A DNA stretch of 64,000 nucleotides from Vulcanimicrobiota bacterium (GTDB taxonomy: Bacteria; Vulcanimicrobiota; Vulcanimicrobiia; Eremiobacterales; Eremiobacteraceae): the NCBI GenBank assembly GCA_963812135.1, contig CAWETU010000001.1, forward strand, positions 416,001-480,000, written 5' to 3'. Each line of letters opens with the position of its first letter. Positions within the stretch are counted from its first letter, which is position 1. The notes below the pieces were generated by a model. That model saw only the letters and a program-made list of their open reading frames with translations. It did not search any database and had not been told where the DNA came from. Below are positions 1 through 10,186 of this stretch, in pieces. The position numbers and the translations under genes were made by a program.

Positions 1-512
1 GACCTGCGCTGCAGAAAGCGTTCGGTTTTTTGCCGCTTTTCCAAGGACCTATTTATGGCGTCGGTTTCCTTGCCGGCGGTCTGATCCTGGCAATCATGGC
101 GGTGCCGACGGTCGCCGCGATATCCCGCGACGTGTTTGAAGCCGTGCCCAACGACCAGCGCGAGGGCATGCTGGCGTTGGGGGCGACTAAGTGGGAGATG
201 CTCACCCAAGCCGTATTGCCGTACTCGAGCTCCGGCGTCATCGGCGCACTCGTCCTCGGTCTGGGCCGTGCGCTCGGTGAAGCGATGGCAGTAGTCATGG
301 TCATCGGCAACAAGCCGCAGATTGTCGCATCGCTATTCGCGCCAGGCTATACGATGGCCAGCGTGCTCGCCAATGAATTCTCCGAAGCGACCGGCAAGGT
401 ATATATCTCCATGCTTATCGAGATCGGCCTACTTCTATTCGTGGTGAGCCTCATCGTCAACGTTCTCGCGCGCTTGCTGGTGTGGAACGCGAGCGGTCGG
501 GGTCGCCGCTGA
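1..512 (+). CDS. pstC: Phosphate ABC transporter permease PstC (5'-truncated by the window edge)
   Basis: Motifs REGMLALGATKWE, LGLGRALGEAMAV and MASVLANEFSEA; stop TGA overlaps the ATG of pstA (TGATG). Confidence 0.93.
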   Translation, partial: PALQKAFGFLPLFQGPIYGVGFLAGGLILAIMAVPTVAAISRDVFEAVPNDQREGMLALGATKWEMLTQAVLPYSSSGVIGALVLGLGRALGEAMAVVMVIGNKPQIVASLFAPGYTMASVLANEFSEATGKVYISMLIEIGLLLFVVSLIVNVLARLLVWNASGRGRR

Positions 513-1363
513 TGATCAATCTCAAGTCGATTGCCGTCCGCAAGGTATGGAGCGGTTTCATGATTGCTATCAGCGCGCTGTGCGCGCTGCTGTGCGGCGC
601 GGTGCTTGTGACCGTTGTGATCTACGTCATCGGAAGAGGCTATAAGGCGCTCAACTGGGACTTCTTCACGAAACTGCCGTTGCCGGTGGGCATGACGGGC
701 GGCGGCGTCGCCAACGCGATCGTCGGATCACTTGAAATTATAGCTATGGCATCTCTCGTCTCAGTGCCCATCGGCGTAATGGCCGGCATCTATCTTGCGC
801 TCTTCGGCAGGGGCCGACTCGCGGCGTCGGTACGCTTCTACAGCGACGTGCTCACGGGCATGCCATCGATCGCCGTCGGTGTTTTCGCCTACTCGCTGAT
901 CGTCATACCGAGCGGGCATTTCTCCGCGCACTCGGCCGCGGTGGCCCTGGCGGTTATCATGTTGCCAATCATCGTGCGCACGACCGAGGAAGCGGTCCGG
1001 CTTGTGCCCGGCGTGATCCGCGAGGGCGCCTTAGCGCTCGGGATTCCCGCGTGGAAGGCGACGCTTTTGGTAACTGTTCCAGTTGCACGCGCCGGCATCG
1101 TCACGGGTGTACTTCTCGCGGTGGCGCGTGTCGCGGGCGAATCCGCGCCGCTGCTATTTACCGCGTTCGGCAGTCAGTATTGGCCACGGGGTCTGGCTTC
1201 GCCGACCGCAGCGCTGCCGCTCATCATCTTCCAATACGCGATCTCTCCATACCACGACTGGCAGCAGATCGCGTGGGGCTGTGCGCTCGTGCTCGTAGCG
1301 CTGGTGTTCGCCCTGAATCTAATCGCCCGGTTCGCCTTCTCAGGGCGTGTGTCGGCGAATTGA
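512..1363 (+). CDS. pstA: Phosphate ABC transporter permease PstA
   Basis: [42 protein letters not shown] at 512 coupled to the pstC stop. Confidence 0.95.
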   Translation: MINLKSIAVRKVWSGFMIAISALCALLCGAVLVTVVIYVIGRGYKALNWDFFTKLPLPVGMTGGGVANAIVGSLEIIAMASLVSVPIGVMAGIYLALFGRGRLAASVRFYSDVLTGMPSIAVGVFAYSLIVIPSGHFSAHSAAVALAVIMLPIIVRTTEEAVRLVPGVIREGALALGIPAWKATLLVTVPVARAGIVTGVLLAVARVAGESAPLLFTAFGSQYWPRGLASPTAALPLIIFQYAISPYHDWQQIAWGCALVLVALVFALNLIARFAFSGRVSAN

Positions 1364-1379
1364 GAATGAAAAGGTGGAA

Positions 1380-2189
1380 ATGGCGACGACAATGACGATG
1401 TCCGGGACTGAGATCGCGACGAAGCTTGAGGTCAAGAACCTGAGCGCCTATTACGGCAAACACCTCGCCGTAAGCGGGGTCAACATGTATTTTGAACCTG
1501 GCGCCATCACAGCGTTGATCGGACCGTCTGGCTGCGGCAAGTCGACGCTGCTACGTTGCCTCAACCGCATGCACGAAGTGATTCCCAACGCGCGCGTCGA
1601 GGGCGAGGTGCTGCTGGACGGAAAGAATCTCTACGAGCCAGGCGTGGACCCCACGGACACGCGCCGACGCATCGGCATGGTGTTCCAACGCCCGAACCCG
1701 TTTCCGACGATGAACATCGTTGACAATGTGCTTGCCGGAGTACGTCTGGCGGGCAGGCCGCCCGGAGACGCCACGCTCGAGGATATCGCCGAGAAAAGCT
1801 TGCGCCGCGCGGCGCTCTGGGATGAGGTCAAAGACAAGCTCACCAAGGCGGGCACGTCTCTGTCAGGTGGACAACAGCAGCGGCTGTGCATCGCGCGCGC
1901 GCTGGCAGTGGACCCAGAAGTTCTGCTGATGGATGAGCCCGCCTCGGCGCTCGATCCGATCTCGACCGTGAAGATCGAAGAGCTCATGCGCGAGCTGCGG
2001 GGGGCCTATACGATCGTCATCGTGACCCACAACATGCAGCAGGCGGCGCGCTGTTCGGACTTCACCGGTTTCATGCTGGCCGGCGAAGCCGCGACTGGCG
2101 AATTGGTGGAATTCGACTCGACTTCAAAGATGTTCACCACGCCCAAAGAAAAGCGAACAGAAGATTACATCACTGGGCGCTTCGGTTAA
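1380..2189 (+). CDS. pstB: Phosphate ABC transporter ATPase PstB
   Basis: [53 protein letters not shown]-terminal YITGRFG; RBS-like AAGGTGG before ATG 1380. Confidence 0.97.
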   Translation: MATTMTMSGTEIATKLEVKNLSAYYGKHLAVSGVNMYFEPGAITALIGPSGCGKSTLLRCLNRMHEVIPNARVEGEVLLDGKNLYEPGVDPTDTRRRIGMVFQRPNPFPTMNIVDNVLAGVRLAGRPPGDATLEDIAEKSLRRAALWDEVKDKLTKAGTSLSGGQQQRLCIARALAVDPEVLLMDEPASALDPISTVKIEELMRELRGAYTIVIVTHNMQQAARCSDFTGFMLAGEAATGELVEFDSTSKMFTTPKEKRTEDYITGRFG

Positions 2190-2215
2190 TACAGGCATAA
2201 TCCGGACTTAATCCC
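2185..2215 (+). promoter_or_regulatory. Pho-box-like direct repeats (3 units, 11-nt period)
   Basis: GTTAATAC / CATAATCC / CTTAATCC starting at 2185, 2196 and 2207; resembles the cyanobacterial SphR/PhoB box YTTAAYYW; sits next to pst genes. Confidence 0.5.
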
Positions 2216-2335
2216 GCCCGCCTAGCATCGGAGCTAGGACGGAGACCGCCCGCGTCCCCTCTCGCGTTGCCGCGGACCATTCATGTAGGCCGGCAACGAC
2301 GCGTTCGCTACGTAACCGCCGTCCGGAAAGAGCCG

Positions 2336-5131
2336 ATGTTGTTGAAACGGATTTCTATTGCCGCGTGCGCGCTTGCCGCGGCCTTTTTGTTTCTCGCGCC
2401 GTCGATCGCATCAGCGGACGGATTCACCGTCAAGGGCAAAGTGGTCGACGCGGCCACCGGCCTGCCGTTGGTCGGCGTGAAGCTCACGACCGTCGGCCCG
2501 ACCGTCACTTCGGCGACGTCCAACAGCGCCGGACGCTTCGAGTTCGATAACCTCGCGAGCGGCACGTACAGCTTGCAGATGGGGCTTGCGGGCTACGACA
2601 ACACGTTGTCGGAAGAATTCGCCGTCGGAACAGGCGTCTCGTTGCCGCTCACGCTTGCGATGCAGCGCACGACGCAGAGCTCGCAGATCCGCACGCTCGG
2701 CCGCACCACCGTCACGGCGGCGGCGTCGCTCCAAAAAGCGACCGTCATCTACAAGCAAGTGTCCGGCAATACGTTGCAACGCCAGGGCGTCACGCGCACC
2801 GGCGACGCCGTTCGCGCGCTGGGAGGCGTCGACAACACGTCAAGCGATTCGGCGAGCTTCGGCGACGACGTGCATCTGGCTATCCGCGGCATCGGCGATC
2901 TCGAGACCGTCTCGCTCATCGATGGTCACCCGGTCGCGCTCGGCCTCTCGGGCGGCCTCAACTACGAGATCAGTCCCTCCTTCGCGCTTCGCGCGGTCAG
3001 CGTGGTCTATGGCGCGGGCGGCGGCGACCTCTACGGCGTCGACGCGATCGGCGGCGTGGTCGACATGCAGACGCTCGATCCGACGCGCACGCCGCAGTAC
3101 GTGTTCACCCAAGGATGGGGCACCTTCGACAAGCTGACGAGCTCTCTGACGGGCACGGGTACTCTCGGCGGCGATCGCTGGGGATACGCGTTCGCGCTCG
3201 GTACGCAAGGCATCAACGGGCCGATCAAAAATACCGTGTTTTTCCAACCGGCCGCCGCGTTCGATCCATCCGCCACCGCACCAAACGTCGTCGCGGCCGA
3301 CCAATATCAGGTCAATTCGAACATCGTCAACCGCTCGATGCTGTACAAGCTGCGCTACGGCCTCGGCACCAACGCGCATCTCACCGCAGTCGCGTTGTCG
3401 AGCTACTACTGGGACAACAAGACCGGCAACGGCGACGGCGACTTCCTGCCGATGAACACCGCGCAAGCGATCGGCGCCCAGCGCCTCGCGGGCTACACGC
3501 CGGCCGGCAACGCGCCACCGTTCAACGCGCTCAACCCGCCGGATTGCCCGGCCGGCACGTTCGTCGGCTCGGGAACCGGCGGAAACGCATACGGCTACGG
3601 ACTCGACGGCGTGACGCCCGACGGCGGCACGACGTGCGTGACGCCACAGCAATGGGCCAATCTCAACTCGGGCTGGCAAGGTGCGGGACCTGCGTGGCAA
3701 GGGTTCACCAATCAGGACTATCAGGTGAAGTTCGACGCCACGTTCGGGCCTGGTACGCTGAACGTCAACGGCTTCCAGGATCTCTACGCGCATGTGTACG
3801 ATCGCACCAATGAGCTGCCGTTCTTGCTGGTGCCACCGGCGACGCCGCTCGGTCCGGGCTGCAATCCGAGTTGCACACTGGCGTCCAATCCGTTCTGGTA
3901 TAACGAGGCGATGAACAACGCCGGCGTCATCGGCACCTATAACATCGTCGGGCAGCAGAACGAATTCGGCTTCGGCGGCTACTACGACAACACGCGCAGC
4001 AAGTTCTCGAACGTCGGCGTTCCGGCGCCAAGTCCAGGAGCGTACGAGACCAGCGCGTTCTTTCGCGATTCATGGCACCCGACCAATTCGCCGCTCACAA
4101 CCTACGTGAGTGCGTACTTCAAGCACTCGACCGTGACGAACACGTCGTTCGTCGATCCACGCATCGCGTTCGTCGCGAACAAGCCCAACGATGTGTATCG
4201 CGCCGCCTTCGGCTACGTCAGCACGCAACCAACGCTCAGCGATGTCTTCTCGCCGTTCTCCCCGTCAGCACCAGGTTCGCTGGCAGGCAACGTGCGCTGC
4301 GGCACGCTGAACTCGGTCGGCAGCGGCGGCAACCCGGGCGTCGGGCCCGAGCGCGCGAGCGATACCGAATTCAGTTGGGGCCATAGTTTCGGCGGGGACT
4401 CGACCCTCCAGCTGTCGTTGTACTCCGAGCCGATCTACAATCAGCTCTACACGCAGACGATTCCCGTGATGAACTTCCCGTCGAGCTTCTTCGGTCCAAA
4501 CGGCTATGCGACCGACCTCAACTCGTACACGGGCATCTACACCGCGAACTGCGGCGGCACGGCAGCGCAAGCACTGCAGTTCCTCGGCGTCGACGGCGTC
4601 GTCAACATCGGCTCCGGACAAGCCGAAGGCATCGACCTCCAGGGCCGCCAGCGGATAACCCGGCAGTTCTTCGTCGACTATGGCTACGCGACGAACTCCA
4701 GCATGCCGCTACAAGTGCCGGCGAGCATCCTGCAAGGCAACTTGACGCTCGTGCCAGGCTCACAGTTGCCGGGGATCCCGCTGCACAAGGTCAACTTCGC
4801 GTTCGACTACACGTTCGGCAAGGGTCTCGAAGCGCGCAGCGAGACGTACTTCGTGTCCTTCAACAATCCGAAGAACCTACCGGCATACAACTACACGAAC
4901 CTCATCCTGTCGGCGAACACCGGACAGCGCGGCGTGTTCACAGCGATCATCAACAACTTATTCCAGCAGAACGCGTTCTCGCAGGGCCTGATCGGCAATG
5001 GGTATCCGCACGCGCTCAACCAATATGCGTCGCCGTCGGACTACACGCCGCTGATCGGGGCCGGGGCGACGGAAGAGTTCGGCCTCACGTCACGCACCCT
5101 CGAGTTCATCTACAGCTACAAACTTCACTGA
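2336..5131 (+). CDS. TonB-dependent outer-membrane receptor with N-terminal carboxypeptidase-regulatory-like domain
   Basis: Signal peptide; GKVVDAATGLPLVGV...SNSAGRFEF N-domain; plug motifs IRGIG, LIDGHPV and VVYGAGG...AIGGVVDM; beta-barrel-like C-terminus. Confidence 0.88.
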   Translation: MLLKRISIAACALAAAFLFLAPSIASADGFTVKGKVVDAATGLPLVGVKLTTVGPTVTSATSNSAGRFEFDNLASGTYSLQMGLAGYDNTLSEEFAVGTGVSLPLTLAMQRTTQSSQIRTLGRTTVTAAASLQKATVIYKQVSGNTLQRQGVTRTGDAVRALGGVDNTSSDSASFGDDVHLAIRGIGDLETVSLIDGHPVALGLSGGLNYEISPSFALRAVSVVYGAGGGDLYGVDAIGGVVDMQTLDPTRTPQYVFTQGWGTFDKLTSSLTGTGTLGGDRWGYAFALGTQGINGPIKNTVFFQPAAAFDPSATAPNVVAADQYQVNSNIVNRSMLYKLRYGLGTNAHLTAVALSSYYWDNKTGNGDGDFLPMNTAQAIGAQRLAGYTPAGNAPPFNALNPPDCPAGTFVGSGTGGNAYGYGLDGVTPDGGTTCVTPQQWANLNSGWQGAGPAWQGFTNQDYQVKFDATFGPGTLNVNGFQDLYAHVYDRTNELPFLLVPPATPLGPGCNPSCTLASNPFWYNEAMNNAGVIGTYNIVGQQNEFGFGGYYDNTRSKFSNVGVPAPSPGAYETSAFFRDSWHPTNSPLTTYVSAYFKHSTVTNTSFVDPRIAFVANKPNDVYRAAFGYVSTQPTLSDVFSPFSPSAPGSLAGNVRCGTLNSVGSGGNPGVGPERASDTEFSWGHSFGGDSTLQLSLYSEPIYNQLYTQTIPVMNFPSSFFGPNGYATDLNSYTGIYTANCGGTAAQALQFLGVDGVVNIGSGQAEGIDLQGRQRITRQFFVDYGYATNSSMPLQVPASILQGNLTLVPGSQLPGIPLHKVNFAFDYTFGKGLEARSETYFVSFNNPKNLPAYNYTNLILSANTGQRGVFTAIINNLFQQNAFSQGLIGNGYPHALNQYASPSDYTPLIGAGATEEFGLTSRTLEFIYSYKLH

Positions 5132-5148
5132 GACTTCGTGTCACGACG

Positions 5149-5224
5149 GCGCCGGTGGTTGCGACCCACCGGCGCGCCCCGCCGCCGCAGCCGGATATCC
5201 CCCCGGCGCGGCGGACCTTTTTTT
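5149..5224 (+). terminator. Tandem hairpins; the second is a likely intrinsic terminator
   Basis: GCGCCGGTGG-N7-CCACCGGCGC (5149-5175), then a CCGCCGCAGCCGG...CCGGCGCGGCGG stem followed by ACC-T7 (5182-5224). Confidence 0.55.
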
Positions 5225-5256
5225 CCGCGCTCGCTTTGAAGCGAGAGGGAGTTCTC

Positions 5257-7659
5257 ATGCATCGGACGTGCGCCGCGATCTCAAGCCTCCTCGCGACCGC
5301 CATCGCGGTCGTCGCGGCAAGCACCGCCGATGCGGCGACGCTGCCCGACGGGCGCTCCGTGACGCCGGCTGGATTCACGACGCCGGTCGAGGGCTTCGCG
5401 TCCTCGGAAGCGCTCTCACCCGACGGCGCGTACCTCGCGGTCTTGTCGCAAGATGGCGGCGCGATCGATATCATCGTCGTCGGCGAGCACTCGCAGCTCG
5501 TGCAGCGTTTGGCCGTGCCGTGGGCGAGCGCGATGACATGGACGACGGACGGGCTCTATGTGACGCGCGGCTATAGCGGAAGCATTGCACGATTCAGCTA
5601 CGATCCGAAAGCCGACGTTGAATCCGTTGACCTCAAAGGGCGCCGATCTGCAAGTCGGCGGCCTGCTCAACGGGATCGCTGAGGACCCGGCGACGCATCG
5701 CATTCTGGTCGCAAGGACAGCGGCGCACGAAGTCGCCGTGCTGGACGATCAGACCGGCGCCGTCACCACTCGGCTCGCGGCGAGCGGCCAACCGTTTCGC
5801 GTCGGGTTTGCCGGCGGCAGCGTGCTGGCGACGCTCTACAACTCGGATCACGTGGACGCGTGGCCTGCAGGCGCGACGAGCCCGACCCACATCGCCACGG
5901 GACCGCATCCCACCGCGCTGCTGATCGACGGCACGCGCGCCTTCGTCGCGAACGCCGACGGCCACGACGTCAGCATGATCGATATGAACTTACGACGTCT
6001 GTCGCGCCGCTTCGACCTCGGCATGACGCGCGACCAACCGCCGGGGCAAACGCCATCGGGGATGGCGCTCTCGGCCGATCGCAAGCGCCTGTTCGTCGCC
6101 GAATCGGGCTTCAACGACGTCGCGGTCGTGGACATGGACAGCGGCAAAGTGCTCGGACGCATCCCGACGGCATGGTATCCGATGGATGTCATCTTCGTGG
6201 CGGGCTCGACGATCGACGACGATCCGCGGATCAAGCCGCAGCTGTTCATCGTGAGCGCGCAAGGTCTGGGCTCGCAACCGAATCCGGGCTCCGAATGGGA
6301 TGGCGTCTACACCGGCCTGATCCAACATCTCGTGGTCGAGCCGGCGCGCTTCGAGCAATGGTCCGCGACCGTCGCGCGCAACGACCGCCTCAACGCCGCG
6401 CCGGCGACGGCGGGCGCAGCCATGCCGCCGATCAAGCATTTCATCTTCATCGTCCGCGAGAACAAGCACTTCGATGAGTTGTTCGGCGATGTTCCCGCGG
6501 CCAACTCGGATCCATTGCTCTGCCTGTACGGGCGCAAGTACACGCCTAACGCGCACGCACTCGCCGATCGCTACACCCTGTTCGACAACTTCATGGGCAA
6601 CGGCGAGAAGAGCGACTTCGGCCATGCGTGGACCACGGAAGGCGTCGCGAACGACTATCTCGAGCGCAACGGCCATACACCTGACGACGCCGCGACGAAG
6701 GACGATGCCCGCGTGGCCGGTTCGATATGGCCAGTCTACCTCTTCGGCGAAGACGCAGTCCCCGTTGCGACGATGGATTTCGATTGGTTCAAGAACCTCA
6801 TCGCGCTGGCGCATGGTCCGCGAGTCAACGTGAGCGCGGTTTTCGGTCCTCGCGGCGAGCTCATCGACGAGCTGCGCCGGCATAACGTGAGTTTCCGCGT
6901 CTATGGCGAGCAGATGACCATGCTGTCGAGCGGCGCGATCGCGCCAGGTCTGGCCGCGCACGCCGCGCAGGACTATCCCGGCGCGCATATCGATTTCGAC
7001 ATCCTCGACACCGCGCGCGCGAAACTGTTCCTCGCCGACGTCCAAAAGAACGGACTCGCGCAATACTCGTATCTCACGCTGCCGACCGATCACACCGCCG
7101 GCTTCGATCCGGGCTTCTACACACCGGCGTCGTACGTCGCGAGCAACGATGTCGCGCTCGGCGAAATCGTCGCCGGGCTCTCGAAGCGGCCGGAATGGCG
7201 CGGCACGCTGATCTTCGTGACGACGGATGACCCGCAGGGCACGGGCGACCATGTCGATTCCCACCGCATGCCGGCGCTGCTCATCGGGCCATACGCGCGC
7301 CACGGGCACATCGACCACACGCGATACAGCTTGCCATCGGTGTTGCGGACGGTCGAGCTCGCGTTCGGATTGCAGCCGCTGAACATCTACGACGCGATGG
7401 CGACCCCGCTGCTGGACGCCCTCGGCGCCCAACCGGCCGTGGCGCGTTACACGCGCTTCCTTCTAATATCGCGATGACGCGCAACCCCGGTAAGCGCAAG
7501 GGCACGTCGTTCATGCTCGACGGCCCGGACTCGGCCCGCATCCCCGATGAGGAATGGGCCTCGATCAAAGGAAGCTCGTCGCTCGCCGACCATGTCGCGT
7601 ATCTCAGCAAGCTGTCAGCGACGTTGGCCGCAGATCCGGACGCCCTCACGCGCTTCTAA
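5257..7659 (+). pseudogene. Secreted YVTN/YncE beta-propeller plus phosphoesterase (alkaline-phosphatase superfamily), split by two frameshifts (about 5640 and about 7453); pseudogene or sequencing error
   Basis: RBS GAGGGAG; signal peptide and LPDGRSVTPAG in frame 1; propeller repeats and PIKHFIFIVRENKHFD, PNAHALA, DDPQGTGDHVDSHR in frame 2; ALPSNIAMTRNPG... C-terminus back in frame 1; total span 2403 nt, 800 aa if repaired. Confidence 0.8.
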
Positions 7660-7694
7660 GAGGGGGCGCCCCGCGCGTCCGCTAACGCCATAGC

Positions 7695-8513
7695 GTGTCT
7701 CTCGCTGCAGAACGCTTTTTGGTGGCGGCGGCACGTTTGTGCGCCGTCCTGGTCGTCGCGATCCAGCCAGTCGTCATCATCATCTTGGTCATCGCGACCG
7801 TGGGCGCATTGATCCATGGCGTCACGATTTCATCCAACGGATTCATCTGGCTGACGACGGCGACGGTGGGGCTGGCGCTCGTCGGGGCGACACTCGGCAC
7901 GGCGCTCGGCGTCGGCGGCTCGCTGTACGCCGAAGAGATCGCGCCCGCGGCGGCGCGGCAGATCATCAAGGGGCTGGTAGGCGGCCTGCACGCGCTGCCC
8001 GCCGTCGGTTTCGGCGTCGCGGCCGCCGGCGTGCTGCTCGTGACGCCGGTCGTGCCCAATACCGCGCTGACGTTCGCGATCGCTTCGATCGTCATCACGG
8101 CGATGATCGCCTCGGTCGTGTTCGTGCAGACCCGTCGCGCCCTTGCGGCCCTGCCGCCTGAGCTGCGCGAAGTGGCCGCCGCAGCGGGCGCAGATCCCGT
8201 GAACGCGGCGGTGCGCGCGGTCTTACCGGCGTTGCAGCGCAACGTCGCGGGCATCTGGTGGTCTGCGCTCGCCCTTGCGTTGGGCGAGGCGACCGCGCTG
8301 CAGATCATCTTCAGCGCGGCATCCATGAAAGCAGCGGCTGTCGGCATGCCGCCGGTCGCGGGAACGCTCGCGAGCACCTTGCTGCAGGTCGGCGCGTCTG
8401 AACGAGGCGCGGCGCTGCTCGGCACGGCGCCGGTGGCGTTGCTGCTCGTCGCAATGGCGATCGCGGCCGTCCTTCTCGGCCGCCGCGCGGTTGGGCACGT
8501 GCAATGGCCGTGA
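7695..8513 (+). CDS. Divergent PstC-like ABC permease
   Basis: Hydrophobic; SLYAEEIAP, LPAVGFG, EAA-like loop LPPELREVAAAAGADP, LALALGEATA; stop overlaps the next GTG start. Confidence 0.75.
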   Translation: MSLAAERFLVAAARLCAVLVVAIQPVVIIILVIATVGALIHGVTISSNGFIWLTTATVGLALVGATLGTALGVGGSLYAEEIAPAAARQIIKGLVGGLHALPAVGFGVAAAGVLLVTPVVPNTALTFAIASIVITAMIASVVFVQTRRALAALPPELREVAAAAGADPVNAAVRAVLPALQRNVAGIWWSALALALGEATALQIIFSAASMKAAAVGMPPVAGTLASTLLQVGASERGAALLGTAPVALLLVAMAIAAVLLGRRAVGHVQWP

Positions 8514-9349
8514 CCGCGCTACGCGCCACGATCCCACCCGCGCGTGTGGCGCAACCGCTCACCGCGATCGTCCTCGCGACGTGCGCCGCGATCCTGTGCT
8601 TCTCGATCGTGGCGATCCTCGGCTGGCTTGCGCTCACGGGGATTCCGAACAGCCTGCGCGTGCTCAACCCGCATTATCCAGGTTCGGTGTTGGCGCCGGT
8701 CGCGGCGACGATCTACGTCACGGTGCTCGCGTTGCCACCGACGATCATCGTCGGCGTGTTCGCGGCGATCGCGGCGACCGAGGTGCGCATCTTCGGCATC
8801 GCGGCGGCCGGCATGCGCAGCGCGCTCGCCTTGCTGGGCAGCCTGCCGACCATCGTCGTCGCGTTCGCAGCGGTGATCGGCGTGAACGCGCTGGGCTGGC
8901 ACCCGAGCCTGACGGGAGCGGCCTTTTTGCTTGCGGCGATCAACATGCCGCTCATGACGGCTTTGGCGGTCGACGCGCTCAGTCGCAAGTCGATGGACGT
9001 GCGTGAGGCCGCCAGCGCGCTTGGCGCATCGCCGATGTTCATCGTGCGCCGCGTGCTCTTGCCGAAGTCCGGCGCGCGGCTCGGCAGCGCGATCATCATC
9101 GTGGCCACGCAGCTGATCGGTGCGGCTGCGGCCGTCGCCATCGTGGCCGGCGCGCTCGTGCCGCGCAGCAGCGGCGCTGCGCCCGTCGGAGCTTGGCCGC
9201 TCGCGGTGCACGTGTGGATCCGGGGCGGCGATATCGGCGGCTACGGCGCCACGGCCGCCGCCGCGCTGTTCCTCGGCTTGATGATCTGGTTCTTGCAAGG
9301 CGTGGCTCGGTTGCGCGCAAGCCCAGATGCCCGTCGGGAGGTGCGATGA
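8510..9349 (+). CDS. Divergent PstA-like ABC permease
   Basis: LGSLPTIVV, EAA loop VREAASALGAS, LAVHVW; GTGA and ATGA overlaps with its neighbours. Confidence 0.75.
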   Translation: MTALRATIPPARVAQPLTAIVLATCAAILCFSIVAILGWLALTGIPNSLRVLNPHYPGSVLAPVAATIYVTVLALPPTIIVGVFAAIAATEVRIFGIAAAGMRSALALLGSLPTIVVAFAAVIGVNALGWHPSLTGAAFLLAAINMPLMTALAVDALSRKSMDVREAASALGASPMFIVRRVLLPKSGARLGSAIIIVATQLIGAAAAVAIVAGALVPRSSGAAPVGAWPLAVHVWIRGGDIGGYGATAAAALFLGLMIWFLQGVARLRASPDARREVR

Positions 9350-10122
9350 GCCCGGAACGAACGCAGCTCGAGACCAAGATCGAAGTCAACAAAGTCGACG
9401 TGTGGTATGGTGGCGTGCAAGCGCTGCGCAACGCGACGTTCGATGTCGGCTCGAAGACGACGACGGCTTTGATCGGCGCCGGCGGTTCCGGCAAGACGAC
9501 GCTGCTGCGCGCCTTGAACCGCATGCACGATCTCAACCCGGATGCGCGCGTGCAGGGCAGCATCAAGATCGACGGCGCGGAGATCCTCGGGCCGGGCGTG
9601 GACAGCGCGCGGCTGCGGCGCAATGTCGGCATGGTGTTCGCACGTCCGACCATGCTCCCGACGAGCATCGCTGACAACGTCCGATTCGGTCTTGCAGCGC
9701 AGGGCGTGCGCGACGAGCGGACGCTGCGCGAGACAAGCGAGCGAGCGCTGCGGCGCGTCTCGCTGTGGGAGCGCCTGAGCGGCAGTCTGGATGCGCCGGC
9801 GGCTTCATTGCCGGAGGACCTGCAGCAGCGGCTGTGCATCGCGCGAGCGCTCGCAGTCGATCCCGATGTGCTTCTGCTCGACGACCCGACCGCCACATTG
9901 GATCCGATCGCCGCGCTGGCCGTCGAGGACGTCATCGCACGCTTGCGCCGCGACCACACCATCATCATCGCCACCAACGACCTGCAACAAGCCGCGCGGC
10001 TCGCGGACATCACGATCTACATGGCAAACGGGGAGATCGTCGAGTCCGGCGACACGCCGCTCCTCTTCAACAAGCCGGCCGACCAGCGCACCGAAGCGTT
10101 CTTGGCGGGTCGCACCGCGTGA
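9346..10122 (+). CDS. PstB-like ABC ATPase with degenerate catalytic motifs
   Basis: Collinear with PstB ([35 protein letters not shown]); Walker A GAGGSGKTT intact; RBS GGAGG before ATG 9346. Confidence 0.85.
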   Translation: MSPERTQLETKIEVNKVDVWYGGVQALRNATFDVGSKTTTALIGAGGSGKTTLLRALNRMHDLNPDARVQGSIKIDGAEILGPGVDSARLRRNVGMVFARPTMLPTSIADNVRFGLAAQGVRDERTLRETSERALRRVSLWERLSGSLDAPAASLPEDLQQRLCIARALAVDPDVLLLDDPTATLDPIAALAVEDVIARLRRDHTIIIATNDLQQAARLADITIYMANGEIVESGDTPLLFNKPADQRTEAFLAGRTA

Positions 10123-10186
10123 GGTTCAAGCCGTGAAAACTGAGGTCAAACCAGAGTCGCGCCTCGGGCCGCTGCGCGAGGACGGC

